A DNA stretch of 64,000 nucleotides from Clostridia bacterium (GTDB lineage: Bacteria; Bacillota; Clostridia; Oscillospirales; QAKW01), in contig JAFSCX010000019.1 in NCBI GenBank assembly GCA_017436525.1, forward strand, positions 11,155-75,154. The letters run 5' to 3'. Numbering within the stretch: position 1 is the first letter of the stretch; every line of letters begins with the position of its first letter. The notes under the pieces were generated by a model. The model was not told where the DNA came from, made no database searches, and worked only from the letters and a program-made list of their open reading frames with translations. The translations under genes and the position numbers were made by a program. Shown in pieces: positions 36,865 to 46,199 of this stretch.

Positions 36865-37457
36865 ATCTCCATCAAGTTCAATTAAAAATTTCGGCGGTCC
36901 GCCCCAATCAGTTTCAAAAGGGACTTCCCGAGGTGATTTTCTGCGGGCGGTCCAATGTGGGCAAAAGCTCAATGATCAATTGCCTTCTGGCAAGAAAATC
37001 ATTGGCGAGGACATCTGAGAAGCCGGGCAAGACGGCAACTATTAATTATTATGAGATTGATCATAAGCTTTTTTTGGTAGACCTGCCGGGCTATGGCTAT
37101 GCCAAGGTCTCCTATGCGGAAAAAGAGCGTTGGTCCCGCTTTATGGAAGCCTATTTTAATTTTGACGGCGATAAGCGGCTTGCTTTTTCCTTGGTCGATC
37201 TGCGCCATGCTCCCACCGCCGCCGATTTGGATATGGCGGTCTATCTGGAGCAGGCAGGGATTCCTTATTGGATTGTGGCGACCAAAGCAGATAAGCTTTC
37301 AAAAACGGCTGCATCTGAAAATTTAGAAAAGCTGCAAGAATATTATCAGGATCTTCATCCCCAAAAGATTCTGGCATTTTCATCCAAAACCCGAATGGGA
37401 AGGGATGAGCTGCTGGAGGGGATGGAGAAGGCCTGCGGAGGTGAAAAAAATGCTTAA
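36855..37457 (+). CDS. engB: Ribosome biogenesis GTPase YsxC/EngB
   Basis: GRSNVGKSS, DLPGYG and TKADK motifs. lon-ysxC synteny as in Bacillus. Confidence 0.9.
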   Translation: MGLNLHQVQLKISAVRPNQFQKGLPEVIFCGRSNVGKSSMINCLLARKSLARTSEKPGKTATINYYEIDHKLFLVDLPGYGYAKVSYAEKERWSRFMEAYFNFDGDKRLAFSLVDLRHAPTAADLDMAVYLEQAGIPYWIVATKADKLSKTAASENLEKLQEYYQDLHPQKILAFSSKTRMGRDELLEGMEKACGGEKNA

Positions 37458-38106
37458 TTTTTTAGCGCGTTATTCCGAATACTTATATTTGCTCCCCGCC
37501 ATTATTGTATCTTTGACCCTTCATGAGTTTGCTCATGCATGGATAGCGGCGCGATTGGGGGATCCTACCCCGAAGGAGACCGGTCGGCTTTCTTTGAATC
37601 CCTTGCGCCATATTGATCCTTTCGGATTCATTGTCATGCTTCTGGCGCGCTTTGGTTGGGCAAAGCCCGTGCAGGTGAATCCCTTGTATTTTAAGAATCC
37701 TCGTAAGGGAATGATGATTACCGCGCTGGCAGGCCCTATTATGAATCTTGCTCTTTGCTTGATTTCCTCTTTGCTGATGTTTTTCAGCATTGCTTTCGGA
37801 TGGCCTGATTTTTTATATTATTTCTTTGTATATATGGTCTATCTGAATGTAGCCTTGGCGGTCTTTAATCTGATTCCGGTCCATCCGCTGGATGGGTCTC
37901 GGGTAATGACCTACTTTTTCCCGCGCTATGCCAATTTTATGATGCGCTACGGCCAATATGTGCAGATCGCCTTTATTTTGCTTTTGGTCCTTCCTGAATT
38001 CTTTTCTGTATTTGATATTATTTCTAATCTGATTTCCATGGTGCAAGTCGGCACCATGCGGGGTCTGCTCAATCTTTGGATTCTGCTTTTTGGCTTTATG
38101 CTTTGA
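37450..38106 (+). CDS. Site-2 protease family (M50-like) membrane metalloprotease
   Basis: HEFAHAW zinc motif in TM1, a downstream PLDG-type motif, and multiple TM segments. Start at ATG 37450 after GGAGGTG. Confidence 0.8.
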   Translation: MLNFLARYSEYLYLLPAIIVSLTLHEFAHAWIAARLGDPTPKETGRLSLNPLRHIDPFGFIVMLLARFGWAKPVQVNPLYFKNPRKGMMITALAGPIMNLALCLISSLLMFFSIAFGWPDFLYYFFVYMVYLNVALAVFNLIPVHPLDGSRVMTYFFPRYANFMMRYGQYVQIAFILLLVLPEFFSVFDIISNLISMVQVGTMRGLLNLWILLFGFML

Positions 38107-38191
38107 TTTTTAGGGCGGTAAGAGGCGAACCTACTTCGGTTTCTCTCGCCTCTTAAAATCGGGTTCGGATTACTCGTGTTAAGGAGAAATT

Positions 38192-38914
38192 ATGGAAGCG
38201 TTAAACTTTTCTTTGAAGGTCTTTGATGGGCCTTTGGAGTTGCTGCTGCATTTGATCTCAAAAAATAAGGTGTCGATTTATGATATTCCTATTTCCATGA
38301 TCTTAGAGCAGTATATGGAATATATCGAAGATCTTAAGAAAATGGATCTTGAGGTATCCAGCGCCTTTATTGAAATGGCGGCCCAGCTGATGCTGATTAA
38401 ATCCAGAATGTTGCTGCCCAAAACGGAGGAGGAAGAGGAAGATCCTCGGATGAGCCTTGCAGAAGCACTGGCGGAATATAAGCGCTATAAAGCAATGCTG
38501 GAAACCTTTCGCGGCAAAAATAAAGATGCGGGCATTACCTATGTACGCCGTACGGAGCATCTGGAATTTGATAAAAAGCATCAGCTCAATTATGAGACCG
38601 ATGTATTGACCCGTGCTTATCGGGATGTATTGCAAAAGAGCAACCGTGCTCTGCCGCCTCCTTTGAGAAGCTTTCGCGGCATTATCGGCCATCCGATTGC
38701 AAGCGTTCCTGCCCGAATTTTCGGTGTTTTGAGATTGCTGAAGCGCAAGCTTACCTGCAGCTTCAGAAGCCTTTTCGGCGGTGCGAAGACCCGCTCGGAG
38801 ATTGTGGCCACCTTTCTTGCAGTGTTGGAGCTTTCCAAATCCAAGCATGTGGAGATGGAGGAGCGAGGGGATGATCTCTATTTGACCTTCAAGAAGGAAA
38901 GGAAGGAGAAATAA
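38192..38914 (+). CDS. scpA: Segregation and condensation protein A
   Basis: FxGPLELLLHLI N-terminal motif, 240 aa, followed by scpB. Confidence 0.9.
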   Translation: MEALNFSLKVFDGPLELLLHLISKNKVSIYDIPISMILEQYMEYIEDLKKMDLEVSSAFIEMAAQLMLIKSRMLLPKTEEEEEDPRMSLAEALAEYKRYKAMLETFRGKNKDAGITYVRRTEHLEFDKKHQLNYETDVLTRAYRDVLQKSNRALPPPLRSFRGIIGHPIASVPARIFGVLRLLKRKLTCSFRSLFGGAKTRSEIVATFLAVLELSKSKHVEMEERGDDLYLTFKKERKEK

Positions 38915-38916
38915 TC

Positions 38917-39519
38917 ATGGAATTGAATTATATGAGCGGTGCGGTGGAATCCATCCTTTTCGCCAGCGGGGAGCCCATTGAGCGCAAAAAGCTTGCCGAG
39001 GTGCTGGAGATTGAGCCGGAGCGGGTAGATGCGATTGTGGACGAGCTGAGAGAAAGCTATCGCAATGAAAACCGCGGTTTTGAAATATTGAAATTAGAGC
39101 AGACCTATCAGATGTGCTCCTCTCCCTATTATGGAGAAGTAACCAAAAAAGCATTGGATCATCGCAGAAATACGCCTCTTTCCAATGCGGCATTGGAAAT
39201 TCTATCCATTGTCGCTTATAATCAGCCGGTAACCAAAGCTTATGTGGAGCAGATCCGCGGCGTAGATTGCTTTTATGGAATCAATGCACTGGTTGAAAAA
39301 GGCTTGATCGAAGAAAAGGGGCGCTTGGATGCCCCCGGCAGACCGTGGCTTTATGGCACTACTGCCGACTTTTTGAGATGTTTCGGCCTTCATTCGTTGG
39401 AGGAGCTGCCCGATCTTCCTCGCCTTGAGCTGCCCGGTGATGAGGTGGAGGGTCAGCAAACCTTTGATGATGTGATTCCCAATCCCGAACCGGCAGAAGA
39501 AGGAACACCGGAAGAATGA
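38917..39519 (+). CDS. scpB: Segregation and condensation protein B
   Basis: ESILFASGEP N-terminus and two winged-helix repeats (AALEILSIVAYxQPVT, IRGVD). Confidence 0.9.
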   Translation: MELNYMSGAVESILFASGEPIERKKLAEVLEIEPERVDAIVDELRESYRNENRGFEILKLEQTYQMCSSPYYGEVTKKALDHRRNTPLSNAALEILSIVAYNQPVTKAYVEQIRGVDCFYGINALVEKGLIEEKGRLDAPGRPWLYGTTADFLRCFGLHSLEELPDLPRLELPGDEVEGQQTFDDVIPNPEPAEEGTPEE

Positions 39520-40088
39520 AATGGCTGATCGGTATCGGGGCGGCAGTGCTGCTCTTGTTGATAATGCCGATTGTGGCAAAAATCGATTATCAGGGCGCTT
39601 TTGAGATCAGAGTGGGGCTGTTTTTTCCTTTTCTGAAGATTTATCCCATTCGACCCCGAAAAAAAGATAAAAAGAATGGCTCATTGAAGAATAAATCCAA
39701 AAAGAAGAAGGATAATCAAAAAGAGAAGGCAAAATTAAAGCTGGATCGGGCATTGATTTTCGGCCTTCTGAAGAAATTCCCCGGTTATTTCAAGCGGCTT
39801 TTGATCATTAAAGCGATCGAATTTGATGGTGTGATCGGCAATGAAGATCCGGCTGATCTTGCGCTGACCTATGGGGGAGTAAGCGCCGCATTGGAATCGG
39901 CAGTGGCGGTAATTTCGCCTTTATATCCTGTGGAAAAATGGAAGGTGCGCCTGGAAGCGGATTTTGAAAAGCAGGAGAGTGAGATTCAAGGGCTGCTGAT
40001 AGCAAAGACCAATCTATTGCGGATTGTTGCTGTCTTGATTTCCTTCGCATTCTATGCTATAATGAATCAAAATGACGAATCAAAGTAA
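39516..40088 (+). CDS. DUF2953-like sporulation-associated membrane protein
   Basis: N-terminal TM segment and a K-rich linker. Lies directly upstream of ytfJ, as is common in Clostridia. Confidence 0.6.
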   Translation: MKWLIGIGAAVLLLLIMPIVAKIDYQGAFEIRVGLFFPFLKIYPIRPRKKDKKNGSLKNKSKKKKDNQKEKAKLKLDRALIFGLLKKFPGYFKRLLIIKAIEFDGVIGNEDPADLALTYGGVSAALESAVAVISPLYPVEKWKVRLEADFEKQESEIQGLLIAKTNLLRIVAVLISFAFYAIMNQNDESK

Positions 40089-40105
40089 AAAAGGAGACCA
40101 AAATA

Positions 40106-40498
40106 ATGGAAAATAATAAAGTGGAATCGGTATTAAACGGCACCTTAAACGGCTTAAAAAATCTGGTTGATGTGGATACCGTGATCGGTGAGCCGGTGAA
40201 GGTCAGCGAAGAGATCACCATTATTCCCATTTCTAAGGTTTCTTGCGGCTTTGTAAGCGGCGGAAGCGGATTCGGCTCCCAGCCTCAAAAAGAGCATTTC
40301 GGCGGCGGTGCAGGCGGCGCAATGAAGGTGATTCCCGTATGCTTCCTTGTAATCAGAGGGGATAGTATCCGGATGCTTCCTGTGGCTGAATCGGAAAATA
40401 CGGTTGATCATCTGGTGGACGCTGTTCCCGAAGTATTGGAGAAGATCGCCGGATTTATTAAAAATCGAAAAGCCGAAAAAGCAACGAATGAAGAATAA
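40106..40498 (+). CDS. ytfJ: Sporulation protein YtfJ (GerW family)
   Basis: DVDTVIGEP...IIPISKVSxGFxxGG and GGGAGG motifs. Confidence 0.85.
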   Translation: MENNKVESVLNGTLNGLKNLVDVDTVIGEPVKVSEEITIIPISKVSCGFVSGGSGFGSQPQKEHFGGGAGGAMKVIPVCFLVIRGDSIRMLPVAESENTVDHLVDAVPEVLEKIAGFIKNRKAEKATNEE

Positions 40499-40504
40499 TT
40501 CCAT

Positions 40505-40540
40505 ATCACCTGCCCGTATAATGGGGCAGGTGATTTTTTT
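40505..40540 (+). terminator. Intrinsic terminator abutting the next start codon
   Basis: 11-bp stem ATCACCTGCCC/GGGCAGGTGAT followed by TTTTTTT, then ATG 40541 immediately. Confidence 0.8.
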
Positions 40541-41641
40541 ATGAGACGATGGTTGATCATTCCCGTATTATTTATTTTTCTTTTGCAGTTTTCTCCCGTG
40601 GCAAAGGCCGAGGGAGGAGCCTTTTTGGTGATGGATGGCCGCTTGGGAACGGTATTGGAGCAGCAAAATGCCGATACCCCTCTTCCCATGGCCAGCACTA
40701 CAAAGGTCATGACAGCGCTTGTAGTCTTGGAGCAGGTGGATTTGAAGGATCAAGTAGTGATCCCGAAGGAAGCCGAAGGGATCGAGGGCAGCTCTCTTTA
40801 TATTAAGGCAGGAGATCGCTATAGCGTAGAGGAGCTGCTTTATGGCTTGTTGCTTCGCTCTGCCAATGATTGCGCAGAGGCTCTTGCTTGGTATGCGGGC
40901 GGAGAGGATCGTGGAAAATTCATTGAAAAAATGAACGAGAAGGCCGGAGAGTTGGGGCTTGAGCATACTCAATTTGCCAATCCAAGTGGTCTTCCTTCGG
41001 AAAATCATTATACCACTGCCCGAGAGCTGGCGCTCATCATGCAAGCCGCTATGAAAGATGCGGATTTTTGCAAAATTTGCGGCACTAAAAGTATTGATAT
41101 TAAGGGTCAGCGAGTGGTTAATCATAATAAATTACTCTCCATTTATAAGCCTTGTATCGGCGGGAAGACCGGCTATACCATGGAGGCGGGGCGTTGCCTT
41201 GTAACGATGGCGCAGCAGGATGAGGCGTCTTTGATCTGCGTAACCTTAGGCAGAAGGGGCGATTGGGATCTTCATATGGATGCCTATCAAAGATGGTTTG
41301 AGCGCTTGGAACAGGTGATATTGGCAGAAGCGGGGGATTGCAGAGTGGAGCTGCCGGTGGCCGGCGGCGGATGCGTTGTGGCGCGCAACAGTCATTCCAT
41401 TAGCACCAATCTTTTTCAGAAGGAAGGAGAGGTTGAAAAAGAAATATATGCCCCGCATCTGATCTATGGAAATCAGCGGGCAGGGGATGTGGTTGGCAGC
41501 ATAGAATATCGGATGGATGGGGTTTTGATCGGGGAGAGTGCGTTGGTTCTGGAGAAGGATCTTCATGTTCCTCTTAAAAAAGAATTCTTTATCAATCGAA
41601 TATTTCGGTTTTTTCGTCAATTATTCTTGAAAAAAGATTGA
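40541..41641 (+). CDS. Serine-type D-Ala-D-Ala carboxypeptidase (S11, DacB/DacF-like)
   Basis: Signal peptide; SxxK (ASTTK), SxN (RSAND) and KTG (GGKTGYT) motifs. Confidence 0.88.
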   Translation: MRRWLIIPVLFIFLLQFSPVAKAEGGAFLVMDGRLGTVLEQQNADTPLPMASTTKVMTALVVLEQVDLKDQVVIPKEAEGIEGSSLYIKAGDRYSVEELLYGLLLRSANDCAEALAWYAGGEDRGKFIEKMNEKAGELGLEHTQFANPSGLPSENHYTTARELALIMQAAMKDADFCKICGTKSIDIKGQRVVNHNKLLSIYKPCIGGKTGYTMEAGRCLVTMAQQDEASLICVTLGRRGDWDLHMDAYQRWFERLEQVILAEAGDCRVELPVAGGGCVVARNSHSISTNLFQKEGEVEKEIYAPHLIYGNQRAGDVVGSIEYRMDGVLIGESALVLEKDLHVPLKKEFFINRIFRFFRQLFLKKD

Positions 41642-41683
41642 AAAGAGGGTACAATAGAGAAAATACGATAAAAGGATGTAAGA

Positions 41684-42409
41684 ATGCAGCAAGAACTGAT
41701 TAGAATTCAAAAATATATTGCCGATTGCGGAATCTGCTCCCGCAGAGCGGCAGAAGGGTTGATCGAAGAGGGGCGGGTTACCGTCAATGGTGAGCCTGCT
41801 TGCCTGGGAGATAAGACCGATGGCAGTGATCTGATTCGAATCGATGGAAAGGTCATCAAGCCCCGTATGCGGGAAAAGGTTACCTTAATGCTTTATAAGC
41901 CTCGGGGGTATATCACCACCATGAAGGATGAGCAGGGCAGAAAGTGCGTGGCAGATCTGATTGCGAAAGAGCGGCTTCGCCTTTATCCTGTGGGCCGCTT
42001 GGATAAGGATAGTGAGGGGCTTTTGCTTTTGACCAATGATGGGGATCTTGCCAATAAGCTGACCCATCCTGCCAATCATATTCCCAAGACCTACCGTGTC
42101 ATTGTAAAGGGCGTGCTGAATCGGGAGCATATCAAAGCCTTTGAAAACGGTATCTATATCGAAGAGGATCATTATACGACCCGCTCTGCAGATCTTGAAA
42201 TTCTGGAGGTCAAGGACGATCGGACAGTATTTTATCTTACTCTTTATGAAGGGAAGAATCGAGAGATCCGTAAAATGTGTCAGGCATTGGGGCTGGAAGT
42301 GCTTCGCCTGAAACGAGATAAAATCGCAGATCTTTCGATCGGTACGTTGCGTTCGGGCCAGTATCGAGCGCTGACACCGAAGGAAATCCGCTATCTTTAT
42401 GAATTATAA
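41684..42409 (+). CDS. rluB: rRNA pseudouridine synthase (RluB/RsuA family)
   Basis: N-terminal S4 domain (RIQKYIADCGICSRR) and catalytic GRLDKDSEGLLLLTNDG motif. Confidence 0.9.
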   Translation: MQQELIRIQKYIADCGICSRRAAEGLIEEGRVTVNGEPACLGDKTDGSDLIRIDGKVIKPRMREKVTLMLYKPRGYITTMKDEQGRKCVADLIAKERLRLYPVGRLDKDSEGLLLLTNDGDLANKLTHPANHIPKTYRVIVKGVLNREHIKAFENGIYIEEDHYTTRSADLEILEVKDDRTVFYLTLYEGKNREIRKMCQALGLEVLRLKRDKIADLSIGTLRSGQYRALTPKEIRYLYEL

Positions 42410-42418
42410 GGTGAGTGA

Positions 42419-43060
42419 ATGATGAAAAAGAGAATGATGGTATGGGCAATGTTGCTTGGGGTCCTCTTAAGCTTTAGCGGCTGCTCCGGCTCAGTACCCA
42501 TTATCGGAGATTTCATTAAAAGTGAAAACAGCCTTGGGAAAACCAATAATACCGCCGTTACCATTTCGGCCGCGATGAAGGCTTTTCTCAAAGGAAAAAA
42601 TAAAGGCCACTATTCCCTTTATGGAATGGAAATGATCTTAAATAGCGATGGAAATGGGGCAATCAAGCTTTTTTATACCGGTGAGACGCCTGAAAATGCA
42701 GATTATTCCGATGTATATGTGGCTGAGGTGGATTCTAAGACCGGCCATGTAGAGCGCTTCGAAAAGGCCGATTATGCCAAGGATGGGCTGGCGCCTTATC
42801 AATGCGTGCGGGAGGGATATGCCTTTGATGGAGCAAGCCTGCCCATTGATAGCGGGAAAGCCATTGCCAATGGGGTAAAATCCTTCAGCAGTGATGCGGA
42901 TTTTCATTATGACTATGTGCAGATGCAGCTGAAAAGCGATGGGCAGACCGAGCAGTATACGGTCCGCTTTATCTCTATGCTGAATGATATGATCTATCAT
43001 TGCAATATTGATGCAGTAAGCGGGAATGTTCTAAAGGCATCGGTTGCACCGCTGGAATAG
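42419..43060 (+). CDS. Lipoprotein, function unknown
   Basis: Lipobox LSFSGC after a hydrophobic signal segment, 213 aa. Confidence 0.65.
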   Translation: MMKKRMMVWAMLLGVLLSFSGCSGSVPIIGDFIKSENSLGKTNNTAVTISAAMKAFLKGKNKGHYSLYGMEMILNSDGNGAIKLFYTGETPENADYSDVYVAEVDSKTGHVERFEKADYAKDGLAPYQCVREGYAFDGASLPIDSGKAIANGVKSFSSDADFHYDYVQMQLKSDGQTEQYTVRFISMLNDMIYHCNIDAVSGNVLKASVAPLE

Positions 43061-43070
43061 GGGATAAAAG

Positions 43071-43532
43071 ATGTATAAAAAACTAAAAAGCACTCTGCTA
43101 TTGCTTGCGGCGATTGCGCTGTTGCTCAGCGGCTGCAATTTCAGAGTAGAAAAAAATACATTTTATGTGGATCGGGATAAAATCGATTCCATCGAGATTC
43201 AGCGTGAATATTTTGATGAGGAAGGCAATTCTTATTTTCGCTGCAAAAATATTACCGATCCTTCCGATTTAGATACCCTTTGCCGCAAGATCCGCACCCT
43301 TCCTGTTGAGCGTGCATCGGGAAAAGAAGCGCATCCGGTGGATGCTTTTTCGCTGATCATTCTTCTTCATGGCTCTACAGATCATCATTTGGTGATGAGT
43401 GAGAAGATGGCTTATTATGATCAGATGGCTTATGATTATGCCAAAAAAGGGGTCTATGCCGATTTTTTGGAGTTATATAATAATTTCGGATATGAAGAGG
43501 AAGATACGGAGCCTACCCGCTTCCCTAAATAA
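43071..43532 (+). CDS. Lipoprotein, function unknown
   Basis: Lipobox LLSGC, 153 aa. Confidence 0.65.
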   Translation: MYKKLKSTLLLLAAIALLLSGCNFRVEKNTFYVDRDKIDSIEIQREYFDEEGNSYFRCKNITDPSDLDTLCRKIRTLPVERASGKEAHPVDAFSLIILLHGSTDHHLVMSEKMAYYDQMAYDYAKKGVYADFLELYNNFGYEEEDTEPTRFPK

Positions 43533-43536
43533 GAAT

Positions 43537-43587
43537 CACCTTATATGCATTTTTCTAAAAAGAGGACATGCATATAAGGTTTTTTTC
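43537..43587 (+). terminator. Intrinsic terminator
   Basis: 13-bp stem ACCTTATATGCAT/ATGCATATAAGGT followed by TTTTTTT. Confidence 0.75.
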
Positions 43588-43625
43588 ATATCTTTAGAAA
43601 GAAGGAAAAATGAAAGGAGAAAGAT

Positions 43626-44813
43626 ATGAAATTATCGATTCGATTATGGAGCATGGTGCTGATTCCCCTGTTGCTTTTGAGCGGCTGCAGCAAGCAACCA
43701 ATGGCGCAAGAAAAGGAGATTCGTGCCTGCTGGGTATCTTCTGTGGGGAATTTGGATTTTCCCTCTAAGCAAGGGCTTTCTGCAGATCAGCTGCGCAAAG
43801 AAATTGAGGAAATCTTGAAAAATTGCAAGGATTGGGGGATCAATACCATCTTTTTTCAGGTGCGGCCCAATGGAGATGCGCTCTATCCATCGGAAATTTT
43901 TCCATGGAGCGTATATTTAAGCGGGAAGCAAGGGCAAGCGCCTCATGAGAATTTTGATAGCCTTGCCTATTTTATAAAAAAAGCCAAGGAAGTAAATATT
44001 GATCTCCATGCATGGATCAATCCCTATCGGATCGGAAGCGGAGATCAGGTATGGGAACATTTATCAGCCGATAATCCCGCGGTATTGCATCGGGATTATA
44101 CTGTTACCTGCGAGAGCGGGGTTTATTATAATCCTGCCCTTCCCGAAGTGCGGCAGTTGATTTTGAGCGGGGTGGCGGAATTGATTCGCAATTATGATCT
44201 TGCAGGAATTCATTTCGACGATTATTTTTATCCCTACAATATGGACGGCTTCGACGACAGCGCTGCCTACGCTCAATACGGAAGCGGCCTTTCTTTGGAG
44301 GATTTTCGCAGAAAAAGCGTGGATTCATTGGTGGAATCAGTCTATAAAATGATGAAGACCATGAATAAAGAGATCCTGTTCGGAATCAGCCCTTTTGGAA
44401 TCTGGGCTAATGCCTCAAACCAAGAGGGGGGAAGCGCCACTTCCGGAATGAGCGCCTATTCCGAAATATTTTCCGATAGCAAAAAATGGGTAGAAAACGG
44501 CTGGGTTGATTATATTTGCCCGCAGATCTATTGGAGCAAAGAAAATAAAGCGGCTCCCTTTGAAATCTTGGTGGATTGGTGGGACAATCTTTGCCAAAAA
44601 GAAAAGATTCCTCTTTTGGCGGGAATTGCGGTTTATAAGGTGGGGAGCGAAGAGATTGGCTGGGAAAGCGGGGCAGTGATCGCTGAGCAGCTGCGTTATC
44701 TTTCCGAAAAGGAAAGCTGCAGAGGGCATAGCTTTTTTCGATACGGAATTTTGAAAAGAAACCCCGAAGGCGCGCTTTCTGAAATTCAAAATTATTATTT
44801 TGAGGATAAATAG
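43626..44813 (+). CDS. YngK/DUF187-type glycoside-hydrolase-like lipoprotein
   Basis: Lipobox LLSGC. RACWVSSVxNLDFPS and VRPxGDALYPS patterns typical of the family annotated as family 10 glycosylhydrolase/DUF187. Confidence 0.7.
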   Translation: MKLSIRLWSMVLIPLLLLSGCSKQPMAQEKEIRACWVSSVGNLDFPSKQGLSADQLRKEIEEILKNCKDWGINTIFFQVRPNGDALYPSEIFPWSVYLSGKQGQAPHENFDSLAYFIKKAKEVNIDLHAWINPYRIGSGDQVWEHLSADNPAVLHRDYTVTCESGVYYNPALPEVRQLILSGVAELIRNYDLAGIHFDDYFYPYNMDGFDDSAAYAQYGSGLSLEDFRRKSVDSLVESVYKMMKTMNKEILFGISPFGIWANASNQEGGSATSGMSAYSEIFSDSKKWVENGWVDYICPQIYWSKENKAAPFEILVDWWDNLCQKEKIPLLAGIAVYKVGSEEIGWESGAVIAEQLRYLSEKESCRGHSFFRYGILKRNPEGALSEIQNYYFEDK

Positions 44814-44933
44814 ACGGTAAATTGAAAAAATAATGAAGAATATTTATGAATTTCAAAAGTAAGTGCTTTCATTCTTGTAAATTATATGTTATAATCTTAA
44901 AATAAGTTATTATATACTAAGGAGTAGTGCCTC

Positions 44934-46199
44934 ATGGAATTGCTACAGCAAATGCCTTGCAAGGGTGTGATCTATAATTACGGTTTTGCCGATCATTTTA
45001 AGACCGGCTATCTTTCAGTGGATTTTTTCATGCCGCTGACCAAAGAAAATGCGACCGGAATGTCTCTTTTGGCGGGGATGCTTTGCCGCGGATGTAAAAA
45101 ATATCCGGGGATGGATCTCATCAGCCGCTATCTTGCTAAAAATTACGGTGCTTCTCTTTCTGTTACCGCAAGTAAAGCGGGAGAGCTGGAAATTCTGACC
45201 TTTGCGTTCTCCTTTCTTGATCGGGAATATACCATCGACGGCGAGGATGTGCGAAGGGCGATGATCGCTCTTTTTCGGGAGCTGGTTTTTGCGCCTTTGG
45301 CAGAAAACGGCGCTTTTCGCTCTGATTATATGGAGCAGGAAAAAAGCAATTTGATCGATAAGATCACCGGTATTTTCAACGATAAACGGGTATATGCGCT
45401 GGAGCAGTGCAAGAGCCTGATGTGTGAAAACGAAGCTTTTGGCATCGGAGAATACGGCGACATTGAGCTGGTAAAGGCCTATAATGAAAAATCTCTTTAT
45501 GATTATTTCAGAAAGCTTTTGGATGAAGCATGGGTGATGGTCAATTATGTCGGCAAAGAACGAGAGCTATTTATGGATGCTCTTACCGAAGGCCTTTCTC
45601 CTCGCACCACTGAGATGCCTTCCACTCAGGTGGTGGAATTTTCCGGTAAGGTGCGGGAAATCGTAGATCCTCTGGATCTGAATCAAAGCAAGCTCACCTT
45701 GGGCTTTCGCCTTGGAAAAGCGGCCTTGGAAAAGCCGATGGCATGCCGGCTTTTCAATGTGCTCTACGGCGGCAGCGCGACTTCTAAGCTTTTTATGAAT
45801 GTACGGGAGCGGCTCTCCCTTTGCTATTATTGCTCCTCTCGCTTGGATCGCTTGAAAAATGTAATGTTTGTTGCAAGCGGGATCGAAGCGGAAAAATATG
45901 AGCAGGCGCGGAATGAGATTGAGCATCAGCTGAAAAACGTTGCTCAAGGGGAGTTCACCCAAGAAGAGATGGATAATGCCAAGGCCTATCTGATCGATAG
46001 TTTCCGCTCGTTCTATGATAATGAGAGCGCATTGGCTTCCATGATGATCACCGGCACTCTGCATGGGAAGGTTTGCCTTCCTGAAGAGGAAATTCAGGCG
46101 GTGCAGGCAGTAACGAGAGAAGATCTTGTGGCGGTGGCAAGGGAAGTGCAGCTGGATACGGTATATTTTCTGAAGGGAGTTCATCATGAAGGAGAATAA
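44934..46199 (+). CDS. M16-family peptidase-like protein, non-catalytic partner (no HxxEH)
   Basis: 421 aa with pitrilysin-like fold features but no zinc motif. Overlaps the downstream M16 gene. Confidence 0.7.
   Translation: MELLQQMPCKGVIYNYGFADHFKTGYLSVDFFMPLTKENATGMSLLAGMLCRGCKKYPGMDLISRYLAKNYGASLSVTASKAGELEILTFAFSFLDREYTIDGEDVRRAMIALFRELVFAPLAENGAFRSDYMEQEKSNLIDKITGIFNDKRVYALEQCKSLMCENEAFGIGEYGDIELVKAYNEKSLYDYFRKLLDEAWVMVNYVGKERELFMDALTEGLSPRTTEMPSTQVVEFSGKVREIVDPLDLNQSKLTLGFRLGKAALEKPMACRLFNVLYGGSATSKLFMNVRERLSLCYYCSSRLDRLKNVMFVASGIEAEKYEQARNEIEHQLKNVAQGEFTQEEMDNAKAYLIDSFRSFYDNESALASMMITGTLHGKVCLPEEEIQAVQAVTREDLVAVAREVQLDTVYFLKGVHHEGE

Noticed and set aside
38119-38155. 10-bp hairpin with an inner C(UUCG)G loop between the M50 protease gene and scpA; considered as a regulatory RNA
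   Set aside because: It is too small to be a riboswitch and no alternative pairing is seen. It is most simply a weak terminator or RNA-stabilising hairpin lacking a U-tract.
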